This document shows positions 62,601 to 64,000 of a stretch of DNA of 64,000 nt, one piece after another; within the stretch, counting starts at the first letter, position 1, and each line of letters opens with the position of its first letter. The position numbers and the translations under genes were made by a program. The notes under the pieces are model-generated. The model did not search any database. It was not told where the DNA came from and worked only from the letters and a program-made list of their open reading frames with translations. This DNA is from Lingula anatina (Eukaryota; Animalia; Brachiopoda), in the NCBI GenBank assembly GCA_051362555.1, contig CM120640.1:24290225-24354224 (forward strand). Direction: 5' to 3'.

Positions 62601-64000
62601 GCACGTCTAGTTGATATAAAAGGCTCAATTAAGATGGAATTAACAGGTAAGAGCTAGGTGTCAAGACACTTTTATTGGAATCAATGAAAAAGGTGAAAGA
62701 CCTAATTCTCTTAAAACACACGTTTTGACTTAATCAACTAATATTGGCAACAGTAATTATGGACAACTTGATCATTAATACCTCTGATCCTGCAGCTCCA
62801 TCTGGAATTGTTCATTTATCATCTTGCTCTTATGCATGCCCTATAAGTGGATGCCCTGGCCTTTTCTGAATGGAACAGAACATGACAATATTTGCTTCCA
62901 TGTACCAGAAACCCCCCATTTTTTTGTATTGGCTTTGGGGCTCGTCTCACTTGTGCTTGATGAGGAAAATAATTTAAAGATAAAATTCTATATTTTATAT
63001 ACAGATAAGGTATGTGGTACACTGTATTACTACCAAACCATATTTTCATTTTCAAATTTGCTGAGTGACTTTGTTGATAAGGCAGGTACATTTGAAAATC
63101 TGCATAATCATTTAATTTTTTACATAAGATTTTTTGGGTTATCTTTCGGTCTGTTTGCCCCCATAAGTTCGAATTTAAAACCATATATCTGTTGTATTTC
63201 AAAATTGCTGAGTGGCTTTAAAAAGACAGGTTCCTTTCAAAAATCAGTTTGATTATTTTTACAAAAGTTATTGTTAACTGGAATGTGCTGGTTTATATTA
63301 AAATTGACCACAGATAATGAATTATTTCTGTTAAGTGTCTGTATATTTTTTAGCTTTGCTGTCTAGTTAAATAAAAAACTTACATCAATTTTTTACCAGA
63401 GTTATAATGTCTTTAGAAATAATGAGCATTCCCCTGATGAAACTTTTGTATATTGTATATTGATTGTGCTCTGTTGTCCTTAAATCCACATTTTTTATGA
63501 CCCTCTCTCATCAGAATAGGATTTTAAAAGTGCCTGAATGATCCTGATTTAAATCTGCCATTTTCTACGGAAAATATTTGAAGAGATGTACAGTATAGTC
63601 AATGTGGGTTAAAAAGTTGGCACATGTATAGATTTGTAAAAGGTATATAAATACATATATTGGCCTTGAAATTAATGCCTTACGAGCTTAGTCACTAGTG
63701 CACATACTGTTTATGTTGCCAGTTGCCATCATTCGTTCAATCATTTTTTAAAATAAGAGTTTGTTTTGATATGGTGAGTTATGTATTAATGACCCATAGA
63801 ATGAAATGTAACAGTCTAATGAGGATGAAGTAAAACCTTTTCTTGACTGCATGTGTTTCAGTAGCATGAATCATAATTTCATTCTATGGCAATGCCCTTT
63901 CTGTTTTTTTTAAACCCATGGGCACAAAGTTGATTGTATGTTTGCATGATTGTACAGATTCATAATTATACAGAATTGTTGGAAAAAGGTCTCTTTTCTT

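Noticed and set aside
62819-63252. Overlapping 127-aa and 142-aa ORFs
   Set aside because: No PDZ or other recognisable motif; the F/L/I/K-rich composition is typical of AT-rich intron.
1-64000. tRNA, rRNA, snRNA genes or autonomous transposase/RT ORFs
   Set aside because: None were recognised by eye; covariance-model and profile searches were not run.

Overview
This is AT-rich, intron-containing animal genomic DNA, probably from an invertebrate (lophotrochozoan-like; that assignment is inference). It is not prokaryotic, and most entries in the ORF track are exon fragments or noise. Reading splice sites by hand gives ten genes, in order: TMTC3 (-, 3' end off-window), an MFSD4/NAGLT1-like MFS transporter (+), two tandem intronless secreted CE4 chitin-deacetylase-like genes (+), an unrecognised protein with ~19 copies of a 14-aa [VLI]-x-W-x-F-x-x-Q repeat (-), SMAP1/2-type ArfGAP (+), LTV1 (-), SLC17A9/VNUT (+), TM2D1 (-, largely missed by the ORF track) and the 5' part of PATJ/MPDZ (+). 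Highlights: (1) duplicated SMAP exons that appear mutually exclusive because of U12/U2 splice-site incompatibility; (2) a second duplicated-exon pair in SLC17A9; (3) the orphan W-x-F repeat gene, with a 118-bp fold-back just past its stop codon; (4) head-to-head TM2D1-PATJ, as in human; (5) a CpG-rich transporter-plus-deacetylase block amid CpG-poor housekeeping genes; (6) several MITEs, including three Kolobok/T2-type copies. All gene models are manual and have no transcript support.
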